Position numbers and translations under genes: made by a program. This document shows, piece after piece, positions 1-9,407 of a DNA stretch of 64,000 bases. Below the pieces are notes generated by a model. That model was not told where the DNA came from, did no database searches, and worked only from the letters and a program-made list of their open reading frames with translations. Source of the stretch: Acidobacteriota bacterium (GTDB taxonomy: Bacteria; Acidobacteriota; Terriglobia; 20CM-2-55-15); the NCBI GenBank assembly GCA_003222815.1, contig QHXC01000418.1:111-64110 (forward strand), written 5' to 3'. The stretch's first letter is position 1, and each line of letters starts with the position of its first letter.

Positions 1-95
1 CGAAAAAAGTCAATTTGATTCACGTGTGCTCGCGGCTTTTTTGGATTCAATGAAGAAATAGCACGACTCATTTCAAGGAAGAAGGAGTAAAGGCA

Positions 96-1796
96 ATGAT
101 TGCCAAGAGATTCTTACTAGTTTCAGCTCTGCTGATCGCGCTAAGCATTAACGCAGCGGCGGCAACCAACATCATCGTTCAGACGACTAACGGCGCCGAT
201 ATCAATTCCATCGCGGCATCGCTCGGCGGCACGGTTCTGGATTCCATGCCTGGGGGCGCATATCTCCTGAGCGTTTCTTCAATGCCGACGGGGCCGCTGC
301 CGCAGGGTGTGCAGTCCATTGAGACCAATTCCAGTTTGATTCTCCCCAGGTTCAAAGGCGCTGTCTTGAGCACTCCTGGTGGTTCAGGCACGCTGCCATG
401 GTATGCGAATCAGCCTGCCATGAAGTTGATCCGGACGGCCGAGGCACAGACGCGCTCGACGGGACGGGGAGTGATCATCGCGGACATCGATGCTGCTGTC
501 GACGTTTCGCATCCCGCTCTGCGCGGGCATCTGACGACCGGCTACGACTTCATCGGGTCAGGTGGGCCCCGGACACGTACGGGCGCCACACTGGACCAAT
601 CCACGGCATCGTTCCTTGACCAATCGACGGCGTCGTTTCTGGATCAGTCGACCGCCTCGTTCCTGGATCAGTCGACCGCTTCGTTCCTGGATCAGTCGAC
701 CGCCTCGTTCCTGGATCAATCGACCGCTTCGTTCCTGGATCAATCGACCGCTTCGTTCCTGGACTCCAGCGCCGCCGGCCATGGGCACGCGACAATGGTC
801 GCTGGAATCTTGGTTGCGATCGCGCCGGATGCGCTGATCATGCCGCTCCGCGCCTTTGATGATAGCGGGACCGGTGACGCGTTCCAGGTTGCCAAGGCGA
901 TTCGATATGCGGTGCGCAACGGCGCCCATGTCATCAATTTAAGTTTGGGACTGTCGGATCAATCCAAGACTGTGGAGGCGGCGATCGCCTTCGCAGAAGC
1001 CAACAACGTGATCGTCGTCGCGTCTGCCGGAAACAGCGACAGTGCAGCCCCGCAGTATCCAGCGGTGCTCCCTGGCGTCCTCGGTGTAGCCGCCACCGAT
1101 CTGGATGACCTCAAAGCCACGTTCTCCAACTACGGCGAATCCGTTTTTGTTACAGCTCCCGGATTCAACATCATAACCGCCTATCCGGGCGGGTCCGCAG
1201 TAGCCTCCGGTACATCTTTTTCCACCGCATTTGTATCGGCCGAAGCGGCTCTCATTCGGTCGCTCACAACGAATGGAATTCAAGACGTGATCGCTGGCAG
1301 TTCGGTCAATATTGACGCGTTGAATACTTTCTACGCCGGACAACTGGGCAGCGGCCGAATCGACCTCTATGCCGCAGTGACTTCCCGATTCCAATCGACT
1401 CAGACGCCGGCATCGCGTCAGAGGGATCGGTACATCGTGATTTTCCGGCCTGGAAATTCTAAGGCGAACCGTGCGGCCGCGGCATCACGACATGGTGCTT
1501 CTCTCAGGTTCAACTACGACGTTGTGGATGCTATTGCGGTATCCGTGCCGAGTCAGGCGGTGTTGGCCCGGATGCGTCAGGATAGTGATGTGTTGGAGAT
1601 TATTCCCGACCGTCCCGTTTTCGTGCTCGGTGGAGGCGCGGGTGGAAGTGTCAGTACGAGCCAGGTCACTCCGGCCGGAGTGACGAAAGTCGGCGTGCCT
1701 ACAACGACGTCGAACGGCGCCGGAATAGGCGTCGCTGTCCTGGATACCGGAATTGATTTCAAGCAAACCCACCCCAATCCAAACCGTACTGCGTGA
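96..1796 (+). CDS. Secreted tandem S8 subtilase, N-terminal part: signal peptide, S8 domain 1, I9-like prodomain, start of S8 domain 2
   Basis: Signal peptide; catalytic-like motifs IADIDAAVD (Asp), GHGHATMVAG (His), SAGN (oxyanion), GTSFS (Ser); then RYIVIF prodomain and GIGVAVLDTGID of a second S8 domain; frame lost near 1770. Confidence 0.85.
   Translation: MIAKRFLLVSALLIALSINAAAATNIIVQTTNGADINSIAASLGGTVLDSMPGGAYLLSVSSMPTGPLPQGVQSIETNSSLILPRFKGAVLSTPGGSGTLPWYANQPAMKLIRTAEAQTRSTGRGVIIADIDAAVDVSHPALRGHLTTGYDFIGSGGPRTRTGATLDQSTASFLDQSTASFLDQSTASFLDQSTASFLDQSTASFLDQSTASFLDQSTASFLDSSAAGHGHATMVAGILVAIAPDALIMPLRAFDDSGTGDAFQVAKAIRYAVRNGAHVINLSLGLSDQSKTVEAAIAFAEANNVIVVASAGNSDSAAPQYPAVLPGVLGVAATDLDDLKATFSNYGESVFVTAPGFNIITAYPGGSAVASGTSFSTAFVSAEAALIRSLTTNGIQDVIAGSSVNIDALNTFYAGQLGSGRIDLYAAVTSRFQSTQTPASRQRDRYIVIFRPGNSKANRAAAASRHGASLRFNYDVVDAIAVSVPSQAVLARMRQDSDVLEIIPDRPVFVLGGGAGGSVSTSQVTPAGVTKVGVPTTTSNGAGIGVAVLDTGIDFKQTHPNPNRTA
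591..764 (+). repeat. Intragenic 24-bp tandem repeat, 7 full copies encoding LDQSTASF plus a partial LD
   Basis: Units start at 591, 615, 639, 663, 687, 711, 735 (consensus CTGGATCARTCGACCGCYTCGTTC); differences are all synonymous. Confidence 0.97.
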
Positions 1797-2491
1797 AGGT
1801 GCTCGATTCCACGGGCGCCGGATCGGACTCCAGCATCATTGCCGGACTGGACTGGATCTACACCAACGCGAATCTGGTAACACCGACGATTCGAGTGGCA
1901 AACATGAGTTTCGGCCGGAACGGCACGATTACCGACAACTCCGCATATCGGACTGCGGTCCAGCGGCTCTACAACATGGGTGTCTTGATGGTTGTCGCCG
2001 CCGGCAACGACCGGACGAAGGAAGTCTCGCAAATCGTGCCTGCGGCGTACCCTGAAGTGATCAGTGTGGCCAGTACGACGGCCATCGATGGCACGAACGC
2101 TTGCAAGACCTATGCGTCCAAAATCTACGCGGATACAGCGTCCTACTTCACGACGGATGGCCGCTTCGATCCGACGACCAGAGTCGGCGTGACGGTGTCG
2201 GCGCCTGGCGAGGACAAGGAAGATCTCAACTCTTCATGCGCCGCAGTTCCGCTCGGCATTCTGTCTCTGAAGCTTGGCGGGGGAACGATTCGGTACTATG
2301 GAACGAGTATGGCCGCCCCGCATATTGCCGGTGTTGTCGCCCGTATGATGCAAGCCGGACAGTCGGGTGTCGAGAACATCCGCACACAGCTTCGCTCCAC
2401 CGCACAGAAGGTGGGGACCGCTCCATTGAATTCGGTCATCACCGGCTATACCTTTGACGGAGAACGCGAAGGGGTCGCCAAGGCCCCATAG
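1793..2491 (+). pseudogene. C-terminal part of the second S8 domain, separated by a deletion/frameshift
   Basis: VKVLD, VANMSFG, VVAAGN, GTSMAAPHIAG motifs; the segment carrying the catalytic His is missing between DTGID and VKVLD. Confidence 0.8.
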
Positions 2492-2507
2492 GTAACTCAG
2501 GAGCGGC

Positions 2508-2598
2508 AAAAGAAAACGCGGGCTAAAGCCCGCGGCTACATTCAGGCTTCCACATGATCCTTGAGTGTAGTCGCGGGCTTTAGCCCGCGTTTTCTTTT
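2508..2598. repeat. GTAG-type REP doublet (REPIN-like) between convergent genes
   Basis: AAAAGAAAACGCGGGCTAAAGCCCGCGGCTACA ... TGTAGTCGCGGGCTTTAGCCCGCGTTTTCTTTT inverted pair. Confidence 0.9.
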
Positions 2599-3187
2599 AC
2601 TTCGTATCTTCCAATAACTTCATGACGCGATCCCGCACCGGGTTCGGTTTCGCCTCCGCGACATACAACCGAAGTTCGTGAACAGCGGACAGTGGTTTCC
2701 CCTGGCGCAAATCGATCTTTCCGAGCAACAGATGCACATCGGCAACACGATGTGGATGTTGATGAGCCTGGAGACACAGTTGCGCGGCCTCCTCAAGGCG
2801 ACCCTGTTCGAAACGGATCAGGGCCAAACCGTAATATCCGTCACCTTCGGACGGACTCCGTCGGATTGCCTTTGTCAGGACTTCCTCAGCTTCCGGCATC
2901 CTGCCTTGGCGAGAATAGAGATCGGCCAGGTTAAGCGCCGGATATACGGAAGAACTCCGAGACACCGCCTGTTTGAACGCCTCTTCGGCAAGTTTCAGGT
3001 CTTTTAGAACAACGTAACAATTGCCCATGGCATCGCGTGCATCGGCGTATGCCCCAAAGATTTCTATTGCCTTACGAAGGTGCTCGAGCGCACCTGGACA
3101 GTCGTCTCTACGAAGCTTCTTTTGAGCGCTCTTGAATTGACGCCGGGCCGAACCGGGAATTTGATATTCAGCTACTGCACGGAAACG
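2597..3187 (-). pseudogene. TPR-repeat protein, 5'-truncated
   Basis: TPR helices (GNCYVVLKDLKLAEEAFKQA, GDGYYGLALIRF); frame is open upstream of the ORF-track start (EYQIPGSARRQF...GALEHLRKAIE) to about 3187 without a clear start codon. Confidence 0.7.
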
Positions 3188-3202
3188 CTAACGGATAACG
3201 TA

Positions 3203-5863
3203 TCACCGTCTCGACCTCATGTCGCTCGATGTACCACAGGCGGCGGGGATGTAACACTTGAGCGTGTAATCCATGACCATTCGGTCGGCATTGAATCGCC
3301 AACCCAACGTTCGGATGGTTCGTTTCATGCGCTTAATCCAACCACGCGGCAGGCCATCATGGTCGCGATCATAGTAAAGTGGAATCACCTTTTCTCGGAG
3401 AACGCGATATAAGTCATCGGCGTCTCGAAGATCGTGAAGCTCGGTATTGGAGTGCGTTCTGCCATTACCGATCGCAAAGCCGTTCAGTCCGTCGTAAGCT
3501 TCGGCCCACCATCCGTCCAAAATCGAAAGGTTGAGACCACCATTCAAGACGACTTTTTGACCACTAGTGCCAGATGCCTCCAGCGGCCTGCGGGGATTGT
3601 TCAGCCACACATCGACGCCCTGTACGAGATGACGTCCGACGTTGATGTCGTAATCCTCGAGGAACACAAACTTGTCGGCGAACTGCGGGTTGCGCATCAA
3701 CTGTGAAACCTCTTGCAACATCCGCTTACCCGGCTCATCGAGCGGGTGCGCTTTACCGGCAAAGACGAATTGCACCGGACTCTTCGGGTCATTGACCATC
3801 GAGGCCAGCTTCTCAATATCCACCAGGATCAAATCGGCCCTTTTGTAAGTAGCAAACCGGCGGGCAAATCCGATGGTCAACACATCCGGACTGAGCACGC
3901 GGCCAAGTCTTTGCAGCGTTTCCTGCGGCTCGCCTCGGCGCTTCCCCTGTTCCACTGCGCGGCCTCGCACAAATTCGAGAAGCTGCAATTTCAGGCTCAG
4001 ATGCGTCTCCCAGAGCTCGGCATCGTCGAGGCTTTCAATTCCCTCCCAGATTCCGGCGTCACCCGTGCGCTCGCGCCAACCGGTGCCGAAATGGCGGTCG
4101 TAGAGACGGGCCATTTGAGGCGCCAACCAGGAAGGCACATGCACGCCATTTGTAATGTGTCCGATGGGGACCACGTCCTCGGGCTTGCCGGGATACAGCG
4201 CTGTCCACATCGAGCGGCTGACCTCGCCGTGCAGAGCCGAGACGGCATTCGCGCGCCGTGACAATTTTAAACCCAAGACGGTCATACAAAACTCCTCATG
4301 GGGGTTGCTCGGATTCTCACGTCCGAAAGCCATCAGTCTTTCCTGGGAGAGGCCGAGCAACACGCGCAGAGGTCCAAGATGCTCCTCGATGAGATGAGCG
4401 TTGAACCGATCGTGGCCGGCGGGCACCGGTGTGTGCGTGGTGAAGACCACTTCCCGCGAGACGCGGGCGGCTGCAGCGTCAAAGCTCAATCCTTCGTCTT
4501 GCATGCGGGTGTGAATCGCTTCGAGCACCGCAAATCCACTGTGTCCTTCGTTGAGGTGAAGCACACCGGGGGTGACGCCCATGGCTCTCAAAGCGCGGAA
4601 CCCTCCGACGCCAAGCAGCAACTCCTGACGGATCCGGACGCGTCCATCTCCACCATATAACCGCGAAGTGAGTTCGCGATCCTCGCGATCGTTGCCTTCG
4701 ACGTTCGAGTCGAGGAGAAGCAGATCGCATCGTCCAACCTGGACTCGCCACACTCTTGCCTGAATCGAGCCGCCGCGCGTCTCGATCTGAATAGTGACCG
4801 GTTCGCCCCTCGTTCCTATAGCCGGTTCCATCGGCAACTGATTGATATCGGTCTCGAGATATTCTTCCTGCTGCCAGCCATTCCAATCCAGCCGCTGCCG
4901 GAAATATCCCTGACCATAAAACAAACCGATACCCACCAGAGGAATATCCAGATCGGAAGCACTCTTGATGTGATCCCCAGCCAGGACACCCAATCCCCCG
5001 GAATATATGGGAATCGACTCATGCAAGCCGAATTCAGCCGAGAAGTACGCCACGGGGCGAGGCCGCAAAATGCCCGCATGGGTCGCGCCCCAGGTCCGGT
5101 CGGCCTCCAGGTACTCGCGCTGCCGGCGATAGGCGTAGTTGATCCGGCTGTGCAGGACAAGTTCGGCGACCCGGCGGTCGATCCCCTGCAGCGGGATCTC
5201 ACCAAGCAGCGAAATGGGATTGTGATTGAGCTGCTTCCAACGAACCGGATCGAGATCGCGGAGCAGACTCGTGGAATCGTTGTCCCAACTCCACCACAGA
5301 TTGCGCGCGAGCGACCACAGCCGCTCTTGTGCGGGAGCGATAAAGCGGTCTAGCGTGCGAGCTTCGCTTACCACGGCAGCAACCTGGGACGCCGCCTCAA
5401 TCAGCATGCGGACCTCGTTCTCCCGAAAGACGCGGGGATCGACCGTTTGAACGACGAGAACACCCTGGAGAACGCCTCGATCAATGAGCGGAACACCGAG
5501 GAAAGATTGGTAAGCATCCTCGCCGGCCTCACTGAAATATTTAAAGCGCGGATGATTCCTGACTTGTTCAACGGCAACCGGACGAACCTGCTCGGCAACG
5601 AGTCCCGCGAGACCCTCATGGAGTGACATGCGCAGAGTGCCAACACATTCATGGCGAAGTCCAAGCGTCGCCGCCAGGACAAGGTTGGCTCGATCGGGCT
5701 CCAACAAGTACGCCGAACACACATTAGTTTGGAAACGCCTGGCGATCAACGCGACGACGTGCATCAGCGTGTCGGCGGGTTTTCCGGCCTCCTTCGCCAG
5801 TTCCGCAATTTCTTCCAGAGTCAAAACATGACTGCTGTCACGGTCGTGCGTGGTTTTGCTCAT
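3203..5863 (-). CDS. glgP: Alpha-glucan (glycogen) phosphorylase with N-terminal GAF domain
   Basis: YFSAEFG, YSGGLGVLAGD, GFARRFATYKR, EASGTSGQK (PLP lysine); N-terminal ~165 aa GAF (CSAYLL, LVLAATLGL, GEGL-like, SFLGVPL). Confidence 0.93.
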   Translation of the reverse strand: MSKTTHDRDSSHVLTLEEIAELAKEAGKPADTLMHVVALIARRFQTNVCSAYLLEPDRANLVLAATLGLRHECVGTLRMSLHEGLAGLVAEQVRPVAVEQVRNHPRFKYFSEAGEDAYQSFLGVPLIDRGVLQGVLVVQTVDPRVFRENEVRMLIEAASQVAAVVSEARTLDRFIAPAQERLWSLARNLWWSWDNDSTSLLRDLDPVRWKQLNHNPISLLGEIPLQGIDRRVAELVLHSRINYAYRRQREYLEADRTWGATHAGILRPRPVAYFSAEFGLHESIPIYSGGLGVLAGDHIKSASDLDIPLVGIGLFYGQGYFRQRLDWNGWQQEEYLETDINQLPMEPAIGTRGEPVTIQIETRGGSIQARVWRVQVGRCDLLLLDSNVEGNDREDRELTSRLYGGDGRVRIRQELLLGVGGFRALRAMGVTPGVLHLNEGHSGFAVLEAIHTRMQDEGLSFDAAAARVSREVVFTTHTPVPAGHDRFNAHLIEEHLGPLRVLLGLSQERLMAFGRENPSNPHEEFCMTVLGLKLSRRANAVSALHGEVSRSMWTALYPGKPEDVVPIGHITNGVHVPSWLAPQMARLYDRHFGTGWRERTGDAGIWEGIESLDDAELWETHLSLKLQLLEFVRGRAVEQGKRRGEPQETLQRLGRVLSPDVLTIGFARRFATYKRADLILVDIEKLASMVNDPKSPVQFVFAGKAHPLDEPGKRMLQEVSQLMRNPQFADKFVFLEDYDINVGRHLVQGVDVWLNNPRRPLEASGTSGQKVVLNGGLNLSILDGWWAEAYDGLNGFAIGNGRTHSNTELHDLRDADDLYRVLREKVIPLYYDRDHDGLPRGWIKRMKRTIRTLGWRFNADRMVMDYTLKCYIPAACGTSSDMRSRR

Positions 5864-5928
5864 GATGCCGGTAACTCCTCCGAACGGGCCGCCAATTCGC
5901 TTTGACCTGAAGAATTCACGTTGGAAAC

Positions 5929-5963
5929 AAAAAAAACGCCTCGAAATGCCGCTCCAGGCGGTT
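5929..5963 (-). terminator. Intrinsic terminator-like hairpin in the glgP 5' leader
   Basis: Minus strand AAACCGCCTGGAGCGGCATTTCGAGGCG followed by T8, about 65 nt upstream of the glgP start. Confidence 0.7.
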
Positions 5964-6040
5964 TCCGGGACGTCTTCGTCGTCGTTCGAACGCTGACAGC
6001 GGTATCAGCGTCGATCGGTATTGCTTTGTACCCTTTGAGT

Positions 6041-6069
6041 TTTCTAAACTACCGCTCGACCGCTGTCAA
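6041..6069 (-). promoter_or_regulatory. Putative sigma70 promoter for the glgP leader
   Basis: Minus strand TTGACA-17 nt-TAGAAA. Confidence 0.5.
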
Positions 6070-6095
6070 GCGGTTTTCCCGGCTGTGCTTTTTCG

Positions 6096-7775
6096 TTACC
6101 GTGTTAAATGCCGGTACTTGATCCGGTGGGGCTGATCGGCGGCAGAGCCGAGGCGGGCACGGCGGTCGGCTTCGTAGTCGGAGTAATTACCTTCGAACCA
6201 GACCACTCGGCTGTCGCCTTCAAAGGCGAGAATGTGCGTGGCTACTCGATCCAGGAACCAGCGGTCGTGACTGATCACAACGGCGCAGCCCGCAAAATGT
6301 TCCAGCGCTTCTTCGAGAGCGCGAAGCGTGTTTACGTCGAGGTCGTTTGTCGGTTCGTCCAGCAACAGAACGTTCGCTCCCTGCTTCAGCATCTTGGCAA
6401 GATGCACCCGGTTCCTCTCCCCGCCCGACAGAGTTCCGACTTTCTTCTGCTGATCTGTTCCCGAAAAATTGAACCGCGCAACGAAGGCCCGCGAATTGAC
6501 TTGCCGTGAGCCGAGTTCAACCGTATCCAAACCGTCGGAGATTTCCTCCCAGACGGTCTTGTTCGCACTGAGCACGCGGCTTTGGTCCACGTAGGCCAGC
6601 TTCACGGTCTCGCCAAGGCGGATGGATCCTCCATCCGGCTGCTCCTGCCGGGTGACTAGCCGGAATAACGTCGTCTTGCCCGCGCCGTTTGGTCCAATGA
6701 CTCCAACAATTCCGCCTGGAGGCAAACGAAAGTTCAGATCCTCAAACAAGAGCCGATCGCCATATGCCTTTTTCAGGGCGTCCGCCTCAATCACGACTTG
6801 ACCCAGCCGAGATCCAGGCGGAATGTAAATCTCCAGATCCTGCGCGCACTTTTCGCTCTCCTGACTCAACAGTGCCTCGTATGAATGGATGCGCGCCTTT
6901 CCCTTGGCGTGCCTTCCTTTCGGCGACATTTGGATCCATTCCAACTCCCGCTGAAGCGTTTTCTGACGCTCGGTCTGGGTCTTCTCTTCCTGCTGCAGCC
7001 GCACCCGTTTTTGTTCGAGCCACGAAGAATAATTCCCTTCCCACGGAATCCCATGTCCGCGATCCAATTCCAGGATCCATCCCGCGACGTTGTCGAGGAA
7101 GTAGCGATCATGAGTGACGGCAATTACGGTGCCAGCGTACTGCTGGATATGGTGTTCGAGCCAGGCAACGGATTCGGCGTCGAGATGATTCGTGGGCTCA
7201 TCCAAAAGAAGGATGTCGGGTTTTTGCAACAAAAGACGGCAAAGGGCGACGCGGCGCTTTTCTCCGCCGGATAAGATGCCCACCAAGGTGTCCGGCGGAG
7301 GACAGCGAAGCGCATCCATGGCCATCTCGAGCCGGGAGTCCAGATCCCAGGCTTCGCAGGCGTCGACTTGCTCCTGGACCTTACCCTGGCGCTCGAGCAA
7401 GGCGGACATCTCGTCATCGGGCATCGGTTCGGCGAATTTCGCGTTGATCTGGTCGAACTCCCGCAGAAGATCGACAATCGGCTGCACTCCTTGCTCGACA
7501 ATCTCACGGACGGTTTTGGCCGGATCGAGTTGGGGTTCCTGTTCGAGATATCCTATCGTGTAGCCTGGCGAGACCGCAGTTTTGCCTTGAAAGTCCTCAT
7601 CCACGCCGGCAAGGATGCGCAGCAGCGAACTTTTTCCCGAGCCATTCAGACCGATGACACCAATCTTCGCGCCGTAGAAATAGGACAGATAGATGTCTTT
7701 GAGGACAGCCTTCTTGTCGTAGTACTTGCTTACTCCAATCATGGAGTAGATGACTTTGTTTGGAACTGTACTCAT
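6096..7775 (-). CDS. ettA: Energy-dependent translational throttle protein EttA (ABC-F)
   Basis: Two ABC domains ([21 protein letters not shown] twice), GAKIGV N-terminus, [12 protein letters not shown]-terminus typical of EttA. Confidence 0.95.
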   Translation of the reverse strand: MSTVPNKVIYSMIGVSKYYDKKAVLKDIYLSYFYGAKIGVIGLNGSGKSSLLRILAGVDEDFQGKTAVSPGYTIGYLEQEPQLDPAKTVREIVEQGVQPIVDLLREFDQINAKFAEPMPDDEMSALLERQGKVQEQVDACEAWDLDSRLEMAMDALRCPPPDTLVGILSGGEKRRVALCRLLLQKPDILLLDEPTNHLDAESVAWLEHHIQQYAGTVIAVTHDRYFLDNVAGWILELDRGHGIPWEGNYSSWLEQKRVRLQQEEKTQTERQKTLQRELEWIQMSPKGRHAKGKARIHSYEALLSQESEKCAQDLEIYIPPGSRLGQVVIEADALKKAYGDRLLFEDLNFRLPPGGIVGVIGPNGAGKTTLFRLVTRQEQPDGGSIRLGETVKLAYVDQSRVLSANKTVWEEISDGLDTVELGSRQVNSRAFVARFNFSGTDQQKKVGTLSGGERNRVHLAKMLKQGANVLLLDEPTNDLDVNTLRALEEALEHFAGCAVVISHDRWFLDRVATHILAFEGDSRVVWFEGNYSDYEADRRARLGSAADQPHRIKYRHLTR

Positions 7776-7790
7776 CAGAACGGGACTGAA

Positions 7791-8234
7791 CTACCCGGGG
7801 GTCGAGAAACTCGCCAGCGCTTCCTGCTCGGACTCGTGCACATCGAAAACAGTGTACAGTTTGGTGAACTGGAGCAAGTCCGTGACCTGCCGGCCGGGGT
7901 TGCTGAGCTTCATTTGACCCCATGTTTTCCGCTCTTTGCTCTCACACTGCGGGCAGGGATCCCAGTTTCCATCTTCATCTTTGAAAACCGTCGCGCCACA
8001 GGACGTGCAGATTGTCTGCGTCACGGTGCCGATGGCCATGATCAACTCGCCGAGACCGCTGCTATCGATGTAAGAAACATCTTTCAAATTGAGAAGGATC
8101 TTATGGTGCCCGTTCGCGACTTCATCGCGGATCGCCTGCCGGAAAGCCGCGACCGCGTCACCGGCAGTAATCCTTCCGGCAAGATCTACAATAAAGACTC
8201 CATCCGCCCTTCTTGTTGATAATTTGAAATCCAT
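7791..8234 (-). CDS. STAS-domain anti-sigma factor antagonist with CxxC-x14-CxxC insertion
   Basis: VSYIDSSGLGEL phosphoacceptor motif; insert CTSC...CPQC. Confidence 0.88.
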   Translation of the reverse strand: MDFKLSTRRADGVFIVDLAGRITAGDAVAAFRQAIRDEVANGHHKILLNLKDVSYIDSSGLGELIMAIGTVTQTICTSCGATVFKDEDGNWDPCPQCESKERKTWGQMKLSNPGRQVTDLLQFTKLYTVFDVHESEQEALASFSTPG

Positions 8235-8246
8235 ACTCTCCTCCCG

Positions 8247-8276
8247 AAATGGGGACGTAGCCCTATGTCCCCATTT
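8247..8276. repeat. GGGGAC/GTCCCC palindromic element overlapping the MoxR stop codon
   Basis: AAATGGGGACGTAG / CTATGTCCCCATTT. Confidence 0.7.
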
Positions 8277-9279
8277 TCCGGCTGACTTCCGGCACCCACT
8301 CGATAATCGCTTTCAATATCGTATCCGGATCAACGCGCTCCGCCTCGCCTTCAAAATTCAAAATAACCCGATGCCGGAGCGCCGGTAAGACGACGTGCCG
8401 TATATCTTTATATGCGACTTCCGTACAGCCGCTAAGCAGCGCTCGGACTTTGCCGCCGATGATCAGTGCTTGAGCGCCTCGCGGGCTGGCGCCGTATCGC
8501 AGGTATTTCTTTGTTTGCTCGTGAGCGAGCGGTGTGGTCGGCTGGGTGGCCATGATGATGCGGATCGCGTAATCCTGAACGGCATCCGAAATAGGAACGG
8601 CCAACGCGACTTCTCGAAGCTGCAGGATCTTCTCGCCATCCCAGACGCGTTCGACCTTCGGCTCCTCAAGGTACGTTGTGCGGTCCAGAATCGTGTGTAT
8701 ATCGTCCACACCGGGAAAGTCCATCCGCAGCTTCAGAAAAAACCGGTCAAGCTGTGCTTCCGGCAGTGGATACGTGGCTTCGAGTTCCAGCGGGTTGAGA
8801 GTAGCCAGGACAACAAACGGGTGCTCCAACTGGTACGTCTGCTTACCCACCGTCACCGTCTTTTCCTGCATCGCTTCCAAAAGCGCAGACTGCGTTTTCG
8901 GCGTCGCGCGGTTGATTTCGTCTGCAAGAATGATATTGGCGAAAATCGGACCTGGCTGAAAGTCCAGAAACTTGTCGCCATGCTCGTTTTCCTGAACTAC
9001 ATTGGTTCCGACGATGTCGGCCGGCATCAAGTCCGGAGTGAATTGAATTCGAGATGACCGGAGATGGAGCGCATCGCTGAGAGTCTGGACCAGTTTGGTT
9101 TTGCCGAGTCCGGGCACTCCCTCGAGCAAGACGTGGCCTTTGCCAAGAATGGTCATCAAGATATCGTCGATGAGATCGGAATACCCGACGATAATCTTCG
9201 AAATCTCGTTGTGCACACGCCGAAAGTCCGCCTGAAACGAGTCTATCTGACGCTCAAGATCGGATACAGGGTTGCTCAT
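8263..9279 (-). CDS. MoxR-family AAA+ ATPase
   Basis: LLEGVPGLGKT, RIQFTPDLMPAD, DEINRATPKTQSALLEAM, YPLPEAQLDRF. Confidence 0.93.
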   Translation of the reverse strand: MSNPVSDLERQIDSFQADFRRVHNEISKIIVGYSDLIDDILMTILGKGHVLLEGVPGLGKTKLVQTLSDALHLRSSRIQFTPDLMPADIVGTNVVQENEHGDKFLDFQPGPIFANIILADEINRATPKTQSALLEAMQEKTVTVGKQTYQLEHPFVVLATLNPLELEATYPLPEAQLDRFFLKLRMDFPGVDDIHTILDRTTYLEEPKVERVWDGEKILQLREVALAVPISDAVQDYAIRIIMATQPTTPLAHEQTKKYLRYGASPRGAQALIIGGKVRALLSGCTEVAYKDIRHVVLPALRHRVILNFEGEAERVDPDTILKAIIEWVPEVSRKMGT

Positions 9280-9319
9280 CGGACGAAGGTTATCTCATTC
9301 AGTGGAACTCAAGCCAGCA

Positions 9320-9383
9320 GGAATTATGGGGACAGAGACCGAATTCTGAAGTTCAAGAATTCGGTCTCTGTCCCCATAATTCC
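9320..9383. repeat. Perfect 28-bp inverted repeat with 8-nt loop
   Basis: GGAATTATGGGGACAGAGACCGAATTCT-gaagttca-AGAATTCGGTCTCTGTCCCCATAATTCC. Confidence 0.92.
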
Positions 9384-9407
9384 GTTCATTAAATGTAAAC
9401 TGGAATC

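Noticed and set aside
591..764. CRISPR array
   Set aside because: Repeats are contiguous with no spacers, in frame within a CDS, and no cas genes are present.
1770..1800. Programmed frameshift joining the S8 halves
   Set aside because: A conserved block including the catalytic His is missing, so this is a deletion or misjoin rather than recoding.
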